Below, one piece after another: positions 27,884 through 38,316 of a stretch of DNA of 59,172 bases (position 1 is the first letter of the stretch; each line of letters starts with the position of its first letter). The stretch spans positions 1-59,172 of the forward strand of contig JBBRWS010000007.1 of the NCBI GenBank assembly GCA_038249055.1, read 5' to 3'. The position numbers and the translations under genes are program-made. A model generated the notes under the pieces. The model had not been told where the DNA came from. It ran no database searches and saw only the letters and a list, made by a program, of their open reading frames with translations. Source of the DNA: Minisyncoccia bacterium. Lineage in GTDB: Bacteria; Patescibacteriota; Minisyncoccia; Phycocordibacterales; UBA9973.

Positions 27884-28696
27884 ATGACTAATATTGGAGT
27901 ATTTGATTCAGGGGTTGGAGGATTGTGGATATTAAAACATTTACAAAATGAATTACCCGAATATAATTATGTTTTTTTTGGTGACCAAGGACATGTACCG
28001 TATGGGGGGAGGTCAATGGAACAAATATTAAATTTTTCTATAGAAATTACAAAGTTTTTAATTAATAAAAATTGTAAAATAATAGTCATAGCTTGTAATA
28101 CTGCATCAGCTGCATCACTAAAATATCTACGTATTCAATTTCCCGATACAATTTTTATTGGTATGGAGCCTGCAATTAAACCTGCGGTAGAAATTACCCA
28201 CACTGGCAAAGTTGGAGTTCTTGCAACCCCAGCAACTTTTCAAGGAGAATTATATAATTCTGTTGTAGAGAGATTTGCACAAGATGTAGAAATATTTAAG
28301 GATACTTGCCAGGGCCTAGTTTTACAAATAGAAAAAGGGGATTTAAATGGAATTCAAACTCGAAGCATTTTAGAGAAAGCACTTTTACCAATGATTAAAA
28401 ATAATATTGATACAGTTGTTTTAGGATGCACTCATTATCCTTTTGTACTTCCGTTAATAAAAGAAATAGTCGGAGAAAAAGTTAATGTTATTGACCCAAC
28501 AAATGCAATCGTTCGTCAGGTTTCTAAAATGTTGAATGAAAATGATTTAAGAAGTGAGTCTTTAAATAATAATAAAATTGATATTTTTACCTCAGGTAAT
28601 ATAGAAAATATGAAACCAATTTTATTGGAATTATTTAATAAACCAATTAAGATTAATAAAATAGACTGGAAGAATGATTTAGAATTAAATAATTAA
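27884..28696 (+). CDS. murI: Glutamate racemase
   Basis: VFDSGVGGL, IACNTAS, LGCTHYP catalytic Cys motifs. Confidence 0.9.
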   Translation: MTNIGVFDSGVGGLWILKHLQNELPEYNYVFFGDQGHVPYGGRSMEQILNFSIEITKFLINKNCKIIVIACNTASAASLKYLRIQFPDTIFIGMEPAIKPAVEITHTGKVGVLATPATFQGELYNSVVERFAQDVEIFKDTCQGLVLQIEKGDLNGIQTRSILEKALLPMIKNNIDTVVLGCTHYPFVLPLIKEIVGEKVNVIDPTNAIVRQVSKMLNENDLRSESLNNNKIDIFTSGNIENMKPILLELFNKPIKINKIDWKNDLELNN

Positions 28697-28704
28697 AATA
28701 AAAA

Positions 28705-31700
28705 ATGAGTGACATATTAATTGATTTTGAAAAAGCATACAAGAATTTAAATAAAGCCCAACTTGAAGCTGTGGATACAATAGATGGCCCTGTAATGGTT
28801 GTGGCGGGTCCTGGGAGTGGTAAGACTCAGATATTGTCTTTGAGAGTCGCAAACATATTAAGAAAGACAGATATACCCCCTCACGGGATACTCTGTCTTA
28901 CTTTTACTGAGGCCGGGGCTATAAATATGCTAAATCGACTAAAAACAATGATTGGAGTCGAAGCGTATAAGGTTAATATTTTTACTTTTCATGCTTTTGG
29001 AACAAATATAATCAGTCGTTATCCAGAATACTTTTTTAATCAGGCCAGGCTCTCTCCAGCTGACGAACTTATTCAAAGAGAAATAATGACAGAGATTCTA
29101 GAAAAACTTGAACATAAAAATCCTTTTTCTAGTTTTCATCCCGAAGAAGGATATGTATTCCTAAAAGATATTTTATCTAGAATTTCACAAATTAAAAAAG
29201 CCGGCCTCACTCCAGATGAATTTGATTTGATAATAAAAAATAATAAAAATATTTTAGAAGATATTAATTCTTCTTTATCCTTGGTATTTAAAGATAGATT
29301 ATCTACTAAAATATTTCCAGAAATAGAAAAAATGTTACATAAGTGGGAGAAAATAGACACCACTTCTTTTCCGTCAGATTATTTTAAGCCGATATCAAGT
29401 TATCTCATATCGTCACTCAAGAAAGCATTAGAAGAATCTATTGCGGAAAATAAAACAGGGCCTATTGGTGAATGGAAAAAAAAATATACTACGGGAACTA
29501 ATGATAATATTACTTTAAAATCTTTAGAAGCTGGAAATAAGTTAGAAAACCTTGGCTATATTTATAAAGAATATAAAAATAGATTATTTGAGCGTGGCTA
29601 CTTTGATTATGATGATATGATATTGGAAGTTATAGAGGCCATAATAAAAAATGAAAATCTAAAAGCAGAACTTCAAGAACAATTTCTTTATATAATGGTG
29701 GATGAATTTCAGGATACAAACGATGCGCAAATAAGATTAATTCGATTACTTTCAGATAACTTTGTAAACGAGAAGAAGCCAAACATAATGGTTGTGGGAG
29801 ATGATGACCAGGCAATTTATCGTTTCCAAGGCGCAGATATTTCTAATATTAAGGATTTTCATTTAGTTTATGAAGATGTTAAGATTATAGTAATGACAGA
29901 GAATTATCGTTCTGGTCAAAATATTCTAGATCTAGCTCGTGACATAATAGTTACAGGATCAAATAGACTTGAAGACATTATTAAAGGTATAAATAAAAAA
30001 TTAATATCAAGTGGAGATGAAAACAAAAAATTTGAAGGAGAAATAAAAAAGATAAAATTCAAAACAAAAGAGCATCAGTATCACAATATCGCTCTTAAAA
30101 TAAAAAATTTAATAAAAGAAGGACATAACCCAAAAGAGATAGCTGTAATTTCTCGTAAACACAGAGAACTAGAAAATCTAGTTCCTTTTATGCACCACTT
30201 TAATGTGCCCATTGTTTATGAAAAAGAGCAAAATGTTCTTGCTACTCCTCATATTCACCAGCTTATTACAATGTGCAAGTATTTAAATTTTATGGATTCA
30301 GAGTCTCCTTATTCTGGAGATAGTTTATTGCCAGAAATTTTATCATACCCATTTTGGGGTTTATCATATAAAACAATATGGGATATTTCAATTTTATCAA
30401 AAACAAAAAGAGACGATAAGGCTTCCGATACATCTTGGCTTTCAGTTATGCTTAATTACAAAGATGAGAAGGTAAGAGAGATAGCAGAGTTTTTTATTGA
30501 AATGGTAGCAAGGTCAAAATATGAACCAGTTGAATATATATTGGAAAGTTTAATAGGAAAGAGTAATTTGAAACTTCTAGATGAAGAGAATGAAATTAAT
30601 GAAGAAGCAATAGACAAAAATAATAATAAATTTATAAGTCCTTATAAAGATTATTATTTTAGTAAAGAAAAGTTAGAAAAAAATAAACCAGAATATTTAA
30701 GATTTCTTTCAGGTCTAAAGTTTTTTATTGGTGCGTTGCGTGGACATAATTCAAATAGCTTATTAAAGATATCTGATTTAGTAAAATTTGTAGATATACA
30801 TGAGAGTAGTCATATACTTTTAAATGATACGAGTCCATTTACTGGAGCTCTTAATGCAGTGCAGTTAATGTCTGCTCACAAATCAAAGGGATTAGAATTT
30901 GAAACAGTTTTCCTTTTGTCTTGTCAGGATGATAATTGGTCAAAAGGAGGGATGAGAAATAAGATACGATTACCAGAAAACCTTCCCATTGATCTGGCTT
31001 CTGATGAGTCTGATGATGACTTGAGGTTATTTTACGTTGCTCTTACAAGGGCTAAAAAGAATTTATATCTTTCCACTTATTTATATAAAGATGATGGAGG
31101 TGAATCTGTTGAGGCTAAGTTTTTGAATAATGATTTGATTAAAGAGGCAAAAGAAAATCAAAATGAAGATTTAAACACAAGTTCAATATTAGAGACCACG
31201 ACACCAAATTATACTGATAAAGTATATATAGAAAGTGAAAAAGCTTTTCTTTCTCCTCTGGTAGAAAATTATAAACTCAGTGTTTCTCACTTTAATAATT
31301 ATTTAAATATTTATTATGGAGAGGGGCCAAAGACATTTTTTGAACAGAACCTTATTCGTTTTCCACAACCAATGAGTATTTCAAATATATTTGGTTCTTC
31401 TATTCATAAATCGATAGAGCTTTGTATTATAAAGTATAAAGAAAAAGGAATAATACCTTCTAAAGAAGAATTTATAAATTTATTTGAGAAGGATTTTAAA
31501 AGAAAAAGAATAGGGGAGATGGAAATGGAGAAATATTTAAATAGAGGCAGAGAGGCACTAAGTATTTTTTATGATAAAAAAATAAAAGAAATACATATCA
31601 CAGATAAAACTGAAGTAGACTTTGGGAATGAAGGAGTAGTTTTAGAGAGGGCACACATAACAGGAAAGATTGATTTACTTCGAATATTAGAAGGAGATAC

Positions 31701-32079
31701 AATAGATGTTTTTGATTTTAAGACCGGTCATTCGATTCCTGAAAAAAATAAAGATGAGCAAGATAAAATAAAAGAGTGGAGCTATAAAAATCAGATTATT
31801 TTTTATAAATTGCTTATTGAGAATTCAAAAAATTACAAAAAATATAAAATGAGGAAGGGAATATTTATATTTGTTGAACCTGAGAATATTAATGGGGTAG
31901 ATTATATAAATGAGAAGGAAATAGAATTTACAGAAGAAGATGTAAATAGGGTCAAAAAGTTAATAGAAATAATATATAGTAAAATTAAAAACCTTGATTT
32001 TGTAAATATAGACAGATATCCAAAAACAGTGAAGGGAATTGCCCAATTTGAAGAAGATCTGTTGTCGGGTATAGTTTAA
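28705..32079 (+). CDS. UvrD/PcrA-family SF1 helicase fused to C-terminal PD-(D/E)XK-like nuclease domain
   Basis: Walker A AGPGSGKT, DEFQDT, VGDDDQAIYRFQGA, ENYRS; C-terminal GKIDLL...IDVFDFKTG nuclease-like motif. Confidence 0.8.
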   Translation: MSDILIDFEKAYKNLNKAQLEAVDTIDGPVMVVAGPGSGKTQILSLRVANILRKTDIPPHGILCLTFTEAGAINMLNRLKTMIGVEAYKVNIFTFHAFGTNIISRYPEYFFNQARLSPADELIQREIMTEILEKLEHKNPFSSFHPEEGYVFLKDILSRISQIKKAGLTPDEFDLIIKNNKNILEDINSSLSLVFKDRLSTKIFPEIEKMLHKWEKIDTTSFPSDYFKPISSYLISSLKKALEESIAENKTGPIGEWKKKYTTGTNDNITLKSLEAGNKLENLGYIYKEYKNRLFERGYFDYDDMILEVIEAIIKNENLKAELQEQFLYIMVDEFQDTNDAQIRLIRLLSDNFVNEKKPNIMVVGDDDQAIYRFQGADISNIKDFHLVYEDVKIIVMTENYRSGQNILDLARDIIVTGSNRLEDIIKGINKKLISSGDENKKFEGEIKKIKFKTKEHQYHNIALKIKNLIKEGHNPKEIAVISRKHRELENLVPFMHHFNVPIVYEKEQNVLATPHIHQLITMCKYLNFMDSESPYSGDSLLPEILSYPFWGLSYKTIWDISILSKTKRDDKASDTSWLSVMLNYKDEKVREIAEFFIEMVARSKYEPVEYILESLIGKSNLKLLDEENEINEEAIDKNNNKFISPYKDYYFSKEKLEKNKPEYLRFLSGLKFFIGALRGHNSNSLLKISDLVKFVDIHESSHILLNDTSPFTGALNAVQLMSAHKSKGLEFETVFLLSCQDDNWSKGGMRNKIRLPENLPIDLASDESDDDLRLFYVALTRAKKNLYLSTYLYKDDGGESVEAKFLNNDLIKEAKENQNEDLNTSSILETTTPNYTDKVYIESEKAFLSPLVENYKLSVSHFNNYLNIYYGEGPKTFFEQNLIRFPQPMSISNIFGSSIHKSIELCIIKYKEKGIIPSKEEFINLFEKDFKRKRIGEMEMEKYLNRGREALSIFYDKKIKEIHITDKTEVDFGNEGVVLERAHITGKIDLLRILEGDTIDVFDFKTGHSIPEKNKDEQDKIKEWSYKNQIIFYKLLIENSKNYKKYKMRKGIFIFVEPENINGVDYINEKEIEFTEEDVNRVKKLIEIIYSKIKNLDFVNIDRYPKTVKGIAQFEEDLLSGIV

Positions 32080-32135
32080 TTTAAAAAAAGTCATTTATAT
32101 GCTATATTAGTAACATATAAATATAAATTTATTTT

Positions 32136-32372
32136 ATGACTGAAACTGAAGTTCACAATATAAATATTTCTTATGATGAAACCCATTTTCCCACTTGTCA
32201 TTTTATTGAGTATCTAAAAACAAGGGAGATGAGAGAAAAAGCAGAAGAATATTTTGATTTAGCAAAAAAAAGTTTTGACTTTAAGATTGAAATTAAAGGA
32301 AATCAAGGATATGATTATGACCTAAAATATATAGGAGATGATAAGTATAATTTGAGTTTAATAAAAAAATAA
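32136..32372 (+). CDS. Hypothetical 78-aa protein, 1-nt gap between its stop and the pheS ATG
   Basis: ORF ends 1 nt before pheS ATG; no family recognised. Confidence 0.45.
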   Translation: MTETEVHNINISYDETHFPTCHFIEYLKTREMREKAEEYFDLAKKSFDFKIEIKGNQGYDYDLKYIGDDKYNLSLIKK

Positions 32373-32373
32373 G

Positions 32374-33087
32374 ATGGAAAAAGAATATCTAAAAGGAAGT
32401 TTACATCCACTAACTCTAACAATGAATGAGGCTGTTTCTATATTTAAAGATTTAGGTTTTTCAGTAGAGGTTGGTCCAGAAATGGAAGATGATTGGCATA
32501 ATTTCGGAGCTTTAAATTTTCCAGATGATCACCCAGCTCGAGACATGCAAGACACTTTTTTTGTAAAGGATAAGGAGGGTATGGTTTTACGCACTCATAC
32601 TTCAAACACACAAATAAGATACATGGAAAATTTAGTAAATTCTGGAGGGAAGCCTCCTTTTGCAATTGTTTCGCCTGGAAAAGTTTTTCGCAATGAGTCT
32701 ACTGACTCTGGTCATGAAATGCAATTTTATCAAATTGAGTGTTTAATGATAGGAGAAGATATATCAGTTGCTCACATGAAAGGAGTATTATTTGAATTTT
32801 TCAAAAGATTTTTTATAGGAGACAATGTTGAAATTCGTCTTAGACCTAGTTTTTTTCCTTTCGTTGAACCAGGATTTGAAATTGATTTAAAAAAAGGAGA
32901 AAAATGGTTTGAATTATTGGGGGCAGGTATGGTTCATCCCAATGTACTTGAGAACTGTGGAATCGATGGAAAAAAATACCAGGGGTTTGCTTTCGGGGTT
33001 GGTCTAGATAGATTAATGATGATGAAATATAAGATTCCAGATGTTAGATTAGTTTATCAGGGTGATTTAAGGCTTAATCAATTTTAA
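32374..33087 (+). CDS. pheS: Phenylalanine--tRNA ligase alpha subunit, catalytic core only (237 aa)
   Basis: HPLT..., FPDDHPARDMQDTFF, class II motifs; lacks the usual ~100-aa N-terminal helical arm. Confidence 0.9.
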   Translation: MEKEYLKGSLHPLTLTMNEAVSIFKDLGFSVEVGPEMEDDWHNFGALNFPDDHPARDMQDTFFVKDKEGMVLRTHTSNTQIRYMENLVNSGGKPPFAIVSPGKVFRNESTDSGHEMQFYQIECLMIGEDISVAHMKGVLFEFFKRFFIGDNVEIRLRPSFFPFVEPGFEIDLKKGEKWFELLGAGMVHPNVLENCGIDGKKYQGFAFGVGLDRLMMMKYKIPDVRLVYQGDLRLNQF

Positions 33088-33090
33088 TTT

Positions 33091-34914
33091 ATGCTTATTT
33101 CTTATAATTGGTTAAAAAAATATATCAGTGATATCCCTAGTGCAGATGAGATTGCAGATCTTGTAACATTTAAACTTTGTGAAATTGAAGATGTAGAAAA
33201 ATTACCAAGTGGTGATACTGTTTTTGATTTAAAAATTTTACCGGATAGAGCTCATGATTTGCTTTCTCATATGGGTGTTGCTCGGGAAATAGCTGGATTA
33301 TCTGGAATTGATTTTAAACTTCCTGAATGTGAAAGGCCTAAACCAAATCAAACAGATTTAAAAATTGATATTCAAACCCCTAATTGCCGTAGATACATGG
33401 GGCGTATTATACGAAATATAACAGTAAAGCCGTCTCCAGAATGGGTAGTTAATTATTTGAATTCTATTGGTCAGAGAAGCATAAATAATATAGTAGATGC
33501 AACAAATATAGTAATGTTCGGTTCTGGTCAACCTATACACGCTTTTGATTTAAAACAATTATCTTATGAAAGAATTATTATTAAAGAAGCTAAAAATGGA
33601 GATGAAATTAAATTAGTAGGAGCAGAAAAAACATCTGTTATTTTAAAAGAAACAGATACGGTTATTACTGATGGAAATAAAAATCTCGCTATTGCTGGAG
33701 TTAAAGGGGGTTTGGATTCTGGAATATCTGATAATACAAAAAATATTTTAATAGAAGTTGCTAATTTTGAGCCTATCTCAGTACGCAAAACTGCAAATCG
33801 TTTAGGAATTAAAACGGATGCCTCAAAAAGATATGAGAATGATTTATCAGCATCTCTTTGTGATTTTGCTATGGATGAAATATCGGCATTAATTTCAGAA
33901 ATGTGTCCAGATGCATCGTTTGAAGAGATTATTGATGTATATCCTAATCCGCAAAAAGAAAGAATTATTTCTTTTGATTCAGAGTATATATCTAAAATGT
34001 TAGGATTAAATATCAGTAATAAGGAAATAGAAAAAATATTAAAAAATTACGATTATAAATTTGAACAAATAAATAATGAATGGAAGGTATTAGTTCCATT
34101 AATGAGATTAGATATAACAGGAGATTATAATTTTGTAGATGAAATAGGTCGTGCTTATGGTTATGAAAAAATTATTCCCTTAATTCCTAAAATAAATTTT
34201 CAAGGAGAAGATAATAGTAATTGGGAAAAAATTTTCATATCAAAACAAAAACTTATAGAAGATGGGTATAAAGAAGTAATGACTTATGCTTTTAAAGATA
34301 AAGGTGACCTTGAAGTTTTAGCCTCAGCTTCTGATAAAAATTTTTTAAGGACGAATCTATCTGATGGCTTAAAAGAAAGTATTTCTTTTAACCAGAAAAA
34401 TTTACCATTACTTGGATTAGATGAAATAAAAGCTTTTGAAATCGGTACTATCTTTAAAAAGAACGGAGAAGAAATTCATGTTGCCTTTGGAGACAAGAAA
34501 AAAATAACAGAAATGACATTAGATGAATTTACTTTATTGCCTGAAAACAAGGTTTTTAGATCATCTTATTTTATTGCAAAAGAGCCTAAAATAAAAGATC
34601 TAACAGATATTAAATATGTTCCGCAAGTATTTAAACCTTGGTCTGTATATCCATTTATTACTCGAGATATTGCTGTATGGGTACCAGAAGGGACAAAGCC
34701 ACAGATGCTCATAGATATCTACAATAGCTTTGGTACCGAGCTTTTAGTTGTGGAACCAAAATTATTCGACTGTTTTACAAAAGAAAAAAGAACATCTTTT
34801 GCCTATCGTTTAGTTTTTCAATCTTATGATCGAACTCTAACAGATGAAGAAATAAATCTAATTATGTCTGAAATTACCAGTAAAGTTATTTCCAAAGGGT
34901 GGGAAGTCAGATAA
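33091..34914 (+). CDS. pheT: Phenylalanine--tRNA ligase beta subunit (short, 607 aa)
   Basis: MLISYNWLKKYI start, B3/4 and B5-like regions, C-terminal anticodon-binding-like domain. Confidence 0.85.
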   Translation: MLISYNWLKKYISDIPSADEIADLVTFKLCEIEDVEKLPSGDTVFDLKILPDRAHDLLSHMGVAREIAGLSGIDFKLPECERPKPNQTDLKIDIQTPNCRRYMGRIIRNITVKPSPEWVVNYLNSIGQRSINNIVDATNIVMFGSGQPIHAFDLKQLSYERIIIKEAKNGDEIKLVGAEKTSVILKETDTVITDGNKNLAIAGVKGGLDSGISDNTKNILIEVANFEPISVRKTANRLGIKTDASKRYENDLSASLCDFAMDEISALISEMCPDASFEEIIDVYPNPQKERIISFDSEYISKMLGLNISNKEIEKILKNYDYKFEQINNEWKVLVPLMRLDITGDYNFVDEIGRAYGYEKIIPLIPKINFQGEDNSNWEKIFISKQKLIEDGYKEVMTYAFKDKGDLEVLASASDKNFLRTNLSDGLKESISFNQKNLPLLGLDEIKAFEIGTIFKKNGEEIHVAFGDKKKITEMTLDEFTLLPENKVFRSSYFIAKEPKIKDLTDIKYVPQVFKPWSVYPFITRDIAVWVPEGTKPQMLIDIYNSFGTELLVVEPKLFDCFTKEKRTSFAYRLVFQSYDRTLTDEEINLIMSEITSKVISKGWEVR

Positions 34915-34930
34915 ATCCTCTAATTCGTTC

Positions 34931-35941
34931 GTGACTATAAAAAACAATAAAATTGAATATAAAAAATATTTACTAGGAATTAATATATTTCTAGTTTTGA
35001 TAATAATTATTCTCATTATTTTTTTAATACCAAGAACAAAAAAAGAAAATAGTATAAATATTACTCGAAATTTACAAGGTTCTTTTTCATTAACAAACCC
35101 TATTTTAGATTGTGAAATTGATAATAATTCAAATGTTACTATCTTCTCTAAAGATGTTAATGAAAAAATAGAAGAACTTAAAAATCAATATAATCTGGAA
35201 AATATTTCATTTTATTTTCGTGATTTGAATAATGGTTTATGGATAGGTGTAAACGAGAAGGATATTTTTTCACCAGCAAGTTTATTGAAAGTTCCCGTAT
35301 TTATGTCCTTGTTGTATGAAGCAGAAACAACTCCATCAATTTTGGATAAAAAAGTAAAAGTTTCTCAATCCGATTTTATCCAGAGCGTTAGTCCTAATAT
35401 AGTTTCTGGTAATTTATTAGTTTTGGATAAGGAATATTCTTTACTTGAAGTGGCAGAATCAATGATAGAAAAATCCGACAATACTGCTATCACTATTTTA
35501 CTCAAAAATATAAAAGAAGGTGGAACGGACAATGTTTTCAAATCAATAGGGATTCCTTTAGATATGTTAAATAATGATTTTGAAATTAGAGTTAAAGATT
35601 ATGCTGGGTTTTTTAGAGTATTATTTAATGCAACTTATTTAAATAGAGAGATGTCAGAAAAGGCATTAGATATACTTTCTCGGACGCAGTATGTTGACGG
35701 TATTGTTGCAGGTGTTCCTAAAAATATTACTGTTGCTCATAAATTTGGAGAAAGAAATATTGGTGGTATTGAAGGACATACTCAACTGCATGATTGCGGT
35801 ATAGTATATTATCCCAGTAAGCCTTATATTTTTTGCGTGATGACTCGTGGTAAAGATTTTATAAATCAGAGTAAAGCAATCAAAGAATTATCTAATTATA
35901 TTTACGACGAAGTAGATAAAGATGATGATGCTAGTCTATAG
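34931..35941 (+). CDS. Serine hydrolase, class A beta-lactamase/PBP-like (GTG start)
   Basis: S-x-x-K (SLLK), SDN, and KFG (KTG-like) motifs; N-terminal TM. Confidence 0.6.
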   Translation: MTIKNNKIEYKKYLLGINIFLVLIIIILIIFLIPRTKKENSINITRNLQGSFSLTNPILDCEIDNNSNVTIFSKDVNEKIEELKNQYNLENISFYFRDLNNGLWIGVNEKDIFSPASLLKVPVFMSLLYEAETTPSILDKKVKVSQSDFIQSVSPNIVSGNLLVLDKEYSLLEVAESMIEKSDNTAITILLKNIKEGGTDNVFKSIGIPLDMLNNDFEIRVKDYAGFFRVLFNATYLNREMSEKALDILSRTQYVDGIVAGVPKNITVAHKFGERNIGGIEGHTQLHDCGIVYYPSKPYIFCVMTRGKDFINQSKAIKELSNYIYDEVDKDDDASL

Positions 35942-36103
35942 TTTAAATATTATTGTTTGGTTAAAAATAAATATATAGATATAAGTATTAAACCATTTGT
36001 TTATAAGGGTAAATTTAATAATAAATATTAGTATTTTATATGTTTTTTTGATATAATACTCATAGTAATTGTCCTGCATAAAAGGGCATTTTAAATTATT
36101 TTT

Positions 36104-38203
36104 ATGGTAAAAAAAGAAGAAAAGGTTAAACAAACAGGTAAATATGGAGCAGAACAAATTTCAGTCCTTGAGGGCCTTGAGCCAGTTCGTCGTAGACCTG
36201 GTATGTATATTGGTTCTACTGGAATCGATGGATTACATCATTTAGTTTGGGAAATTTTTGATAACTCTCGCGATGAAGCCATGGGAGGATTTTGTGATCA
36301 TATTGAAGTGGTTCTTCTCCCGGATAATTCTGTTCGAGTAGTTGATAATGGACGAGGAATTCCAGTCGGTATTCATCCTAAAACAAAAGTTTCGGCTCTT
36401 GAAACAGTTATGACGACACTTCATGCAGGAGGAAAATTTGGGGGAGATGATAGTGGTTATAAAGTATCTGGTGGTCTTCATGGAGTAGGAGCATCTGTAG
36501 TAAATGCACTTTCTATTTATACCAAAGCAGAAGTTCATACAGAGGGAGGTAAATATATCCAAGAATATACTCAAGGTAAACGTAAAGCTGCCGTTAAAAA
36601 AGTTGGCACTTCTAAGCATCACGGAACAATAATTACCTTCAGGCCAGATGAGGAGATTTTTAAACAAGTGAAATTTGATTTAGATACAATTATAAATCAT
36701 TTACGTCAACAGGCATATTTAGTAAAAGGCTTGCGCATTGAAATATTGGATGCGAGAGAGTGGAACCCATTAACAGGTGGTAAAGGGGTAAAAGATGCCA
36801 ATGATATTTTTTGGTTCAAAGAACTTGAGCTTGAAATTCCATCCACAACATTTTACTTTGAGGGCGGGCTAATTTCGTTAGTTAAATTTTACAATAAAAT
36901 TGAAAAGCCAATTCATCCTAGTGTTTTTTATATCGAAAAAGAATTGGATGACGTTGGAGTAGAGGTGGCGTTACAGTATGTTGATAATTTTAGTTCTGAC
37001 ATTATTCCTTTTGCTAATAATATTCATACTCCAGAAGGAGGTACTCATGTAACTGGATTTAAAATGGCTCTTACTCGTGTCATAAATACTTATGGTAAGA
37101 AGAATAACTTAATCAAAGAAGCAGATGGAGGTTTTACAGGAGATGATGTATTAGAAGGGCTCACTGCTGTTATTTCTGTAAAGCTTCGTGAAATTCAATT
37201 TGAAGGTCAAACAAAAGCAAAACTAGGTTCTACTGAAGCCCAGGGGGCGGTTGCTACTGTTTTTGGAGAAGCGTTCTCAGCCTTCTTAGAAGAGAATCCA
37301 GATGAAGCAAAGTCGATGATAAATAAATCTCTACTTGCTTTACGTGCTCGCAAGGCTGCTAAGGCAGCAAAGGACTCAATTTTGAGAAAGGGAGCACTCG
37401 AAGGTATGACTCTTCCAGGAAAACTTGCAGATTGCCAAGTACGCGATGCATCTTCTGCTGAACTATTTATAGTGGAGGGAGATTCTGCTGGTGGTACTGC
37501 TAAAATGGGAAGAGACAGAAAAACTCAAGCGATACTTCCTCTTCGTGGAAAAATATTAAACGTCGAACGTGCTCGATTGGATAGAATGTTAGGTAGTGAG
37601 CAGATTAAAAATCTTGTTATAGCGATGGGAACTTCTATTGGGGATACTTTTGATCTTGAAAAAATGCGTTATCATAAAATAATTATTGCAACCGATGCCG
37701 ATGTGGATGGAGCCCATATTCGTACTCTTATTTTGACTCTTATGTATAGATATTTTAAACCAATAATAGATGCAGGATATATTTATATTGCTCAGCCACC
37801 ACTTTTCAAAATTAAGAGAGGGAAGGAAATAATGTATGCATATACCGATGAAGAAAGAGATAAAATACTTGGTAAGGATGCTGTCTCTTTAGCTGAATTA
37901 CTTGCTGAATCTGCAAATGAAGAAGATGGAATTCAGGTAGAAGAAACAGATGAAGAAATTGAAGTAAAGAATAAAAAAGCTGGAACTAAGATTCATATTC
38001 AGAGATATAAAGGTCTCGGAGAAATGAATGCTGAAGAACTTTGGGAGACAACAATGGACCCAAGTAAACGTGTTCTCAAGCAAGTTACAGTTTCTGATGC
38101 AGAAAATGCCAATAAAGTAATTGATATGTTGATGGGAAGTGAAGTTCCTCCTCGTAAATCTTTCATTCAATCACACGCTAAAATGGCAAATTTGGATATA
38201 TAA
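36104..38203 (+). CDS. gyrB: DNA gyrase subunit B
   Basis: LEGLEPVRRRPGMYIG, GGLHGVGASVVNALS, EGDSAGG, PLRGKILNVE, DADVDGAHI. Confidence 0.95.
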   Translation: MVKKEEKVKQTGKYGAEQISVLEGLEPVRRRPGMYIGSTGIDGLHHLVWEIFDNSRDEAMGGFCDHIEVVLLPDNSVRVVDNGRGIPVGIHPKTKVSALETVMTTLHAGGKFGGDDSGYKVSGGLHGVGASVVNALSIYTKAEVHTEGGKYIQEYTQGKRKAAVKKVGTSKHHGTIITFRPDEEIFKQVKFDLDTIINHLRQQAYLVKGLRIEILDAREWNPLTGGKGVKDANDIFWFKELELEIPSTTFYFEGGLISLVKFYNKIEKPIHPSVFYIEKELDDVGVEVALQYVDNFSSDIIPFANNIHTPEGGTHVTGFKMALTRVINTYGKKNNLIKEADGGFTGDDVLEGLTAVISVKLREIQFEGQTKAKLGSTEAQGAVATVFGEAFSAFLEENPDEAKSMINKSLLALRARKAAKAAKDSILRKGALEGMTLPGKLADCQVRDASSAELFIVEGDSAGGTAKMGRDRKTQAILPLRGKILNVERARLDRMLGSEQIKNLVIAMGTSIGDTFDLEKMRYHKIIIATDADVDGAHIRTLILTLMYRYFKPIIDAGYIYIAQPPLFKIKRGKEIMYAYTDEERDKILGKDAVSLAELLAESANEEDGIQVEETDEEIEVKNKKAGTKIHIQRYKGLGEMNAEELWETTMDPSKRVLKQVTVSDAENANKVIDMLMGSEVPPRKSFIQSHAKMANLDI

Positions 38204-38212
38204 GAATAATTA

Positions 38213-38240
38213 ATAATTACGAATTAAGAATTACGAATCA
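38213..38240 (+). repeat. Tandem copies of the motif ataattacgaattaa in the gyrB 3' UTR
   Basis: Exact 15-mer at 38213-38227 plus degenerate gaattacgaatca at 38228-40; same 15-mer twice at 51188-51223. Confidence 0.7.
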
Positions 38241-38247
38241 TAAATTT

Positions 38248-38280
38248 AAATCCCCCGAAAGCTAAGCTTTCGGGGGATTT
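38248..38280 (+). terminator. Rho-independent terminator after gyrB
   Basis: 15-bp stem aaatcccccgaaagc/gctttcgggggattt. Confidence 0.75.
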
Positions 38281-38299
38281 AAATTGAATTAAAAAATTG

Positions 38300-38308
38300 T
38301 GTTATAAT
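38300..38308 (+). promoter_or_regulatory. Extended -10 (tgttataat), 8 nt upstream of pilin ATG 38317
   Basis: Identical to the element at 468-476. Confidence 0.5.
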
Positions 38309-38316
38309 AAAATTAC

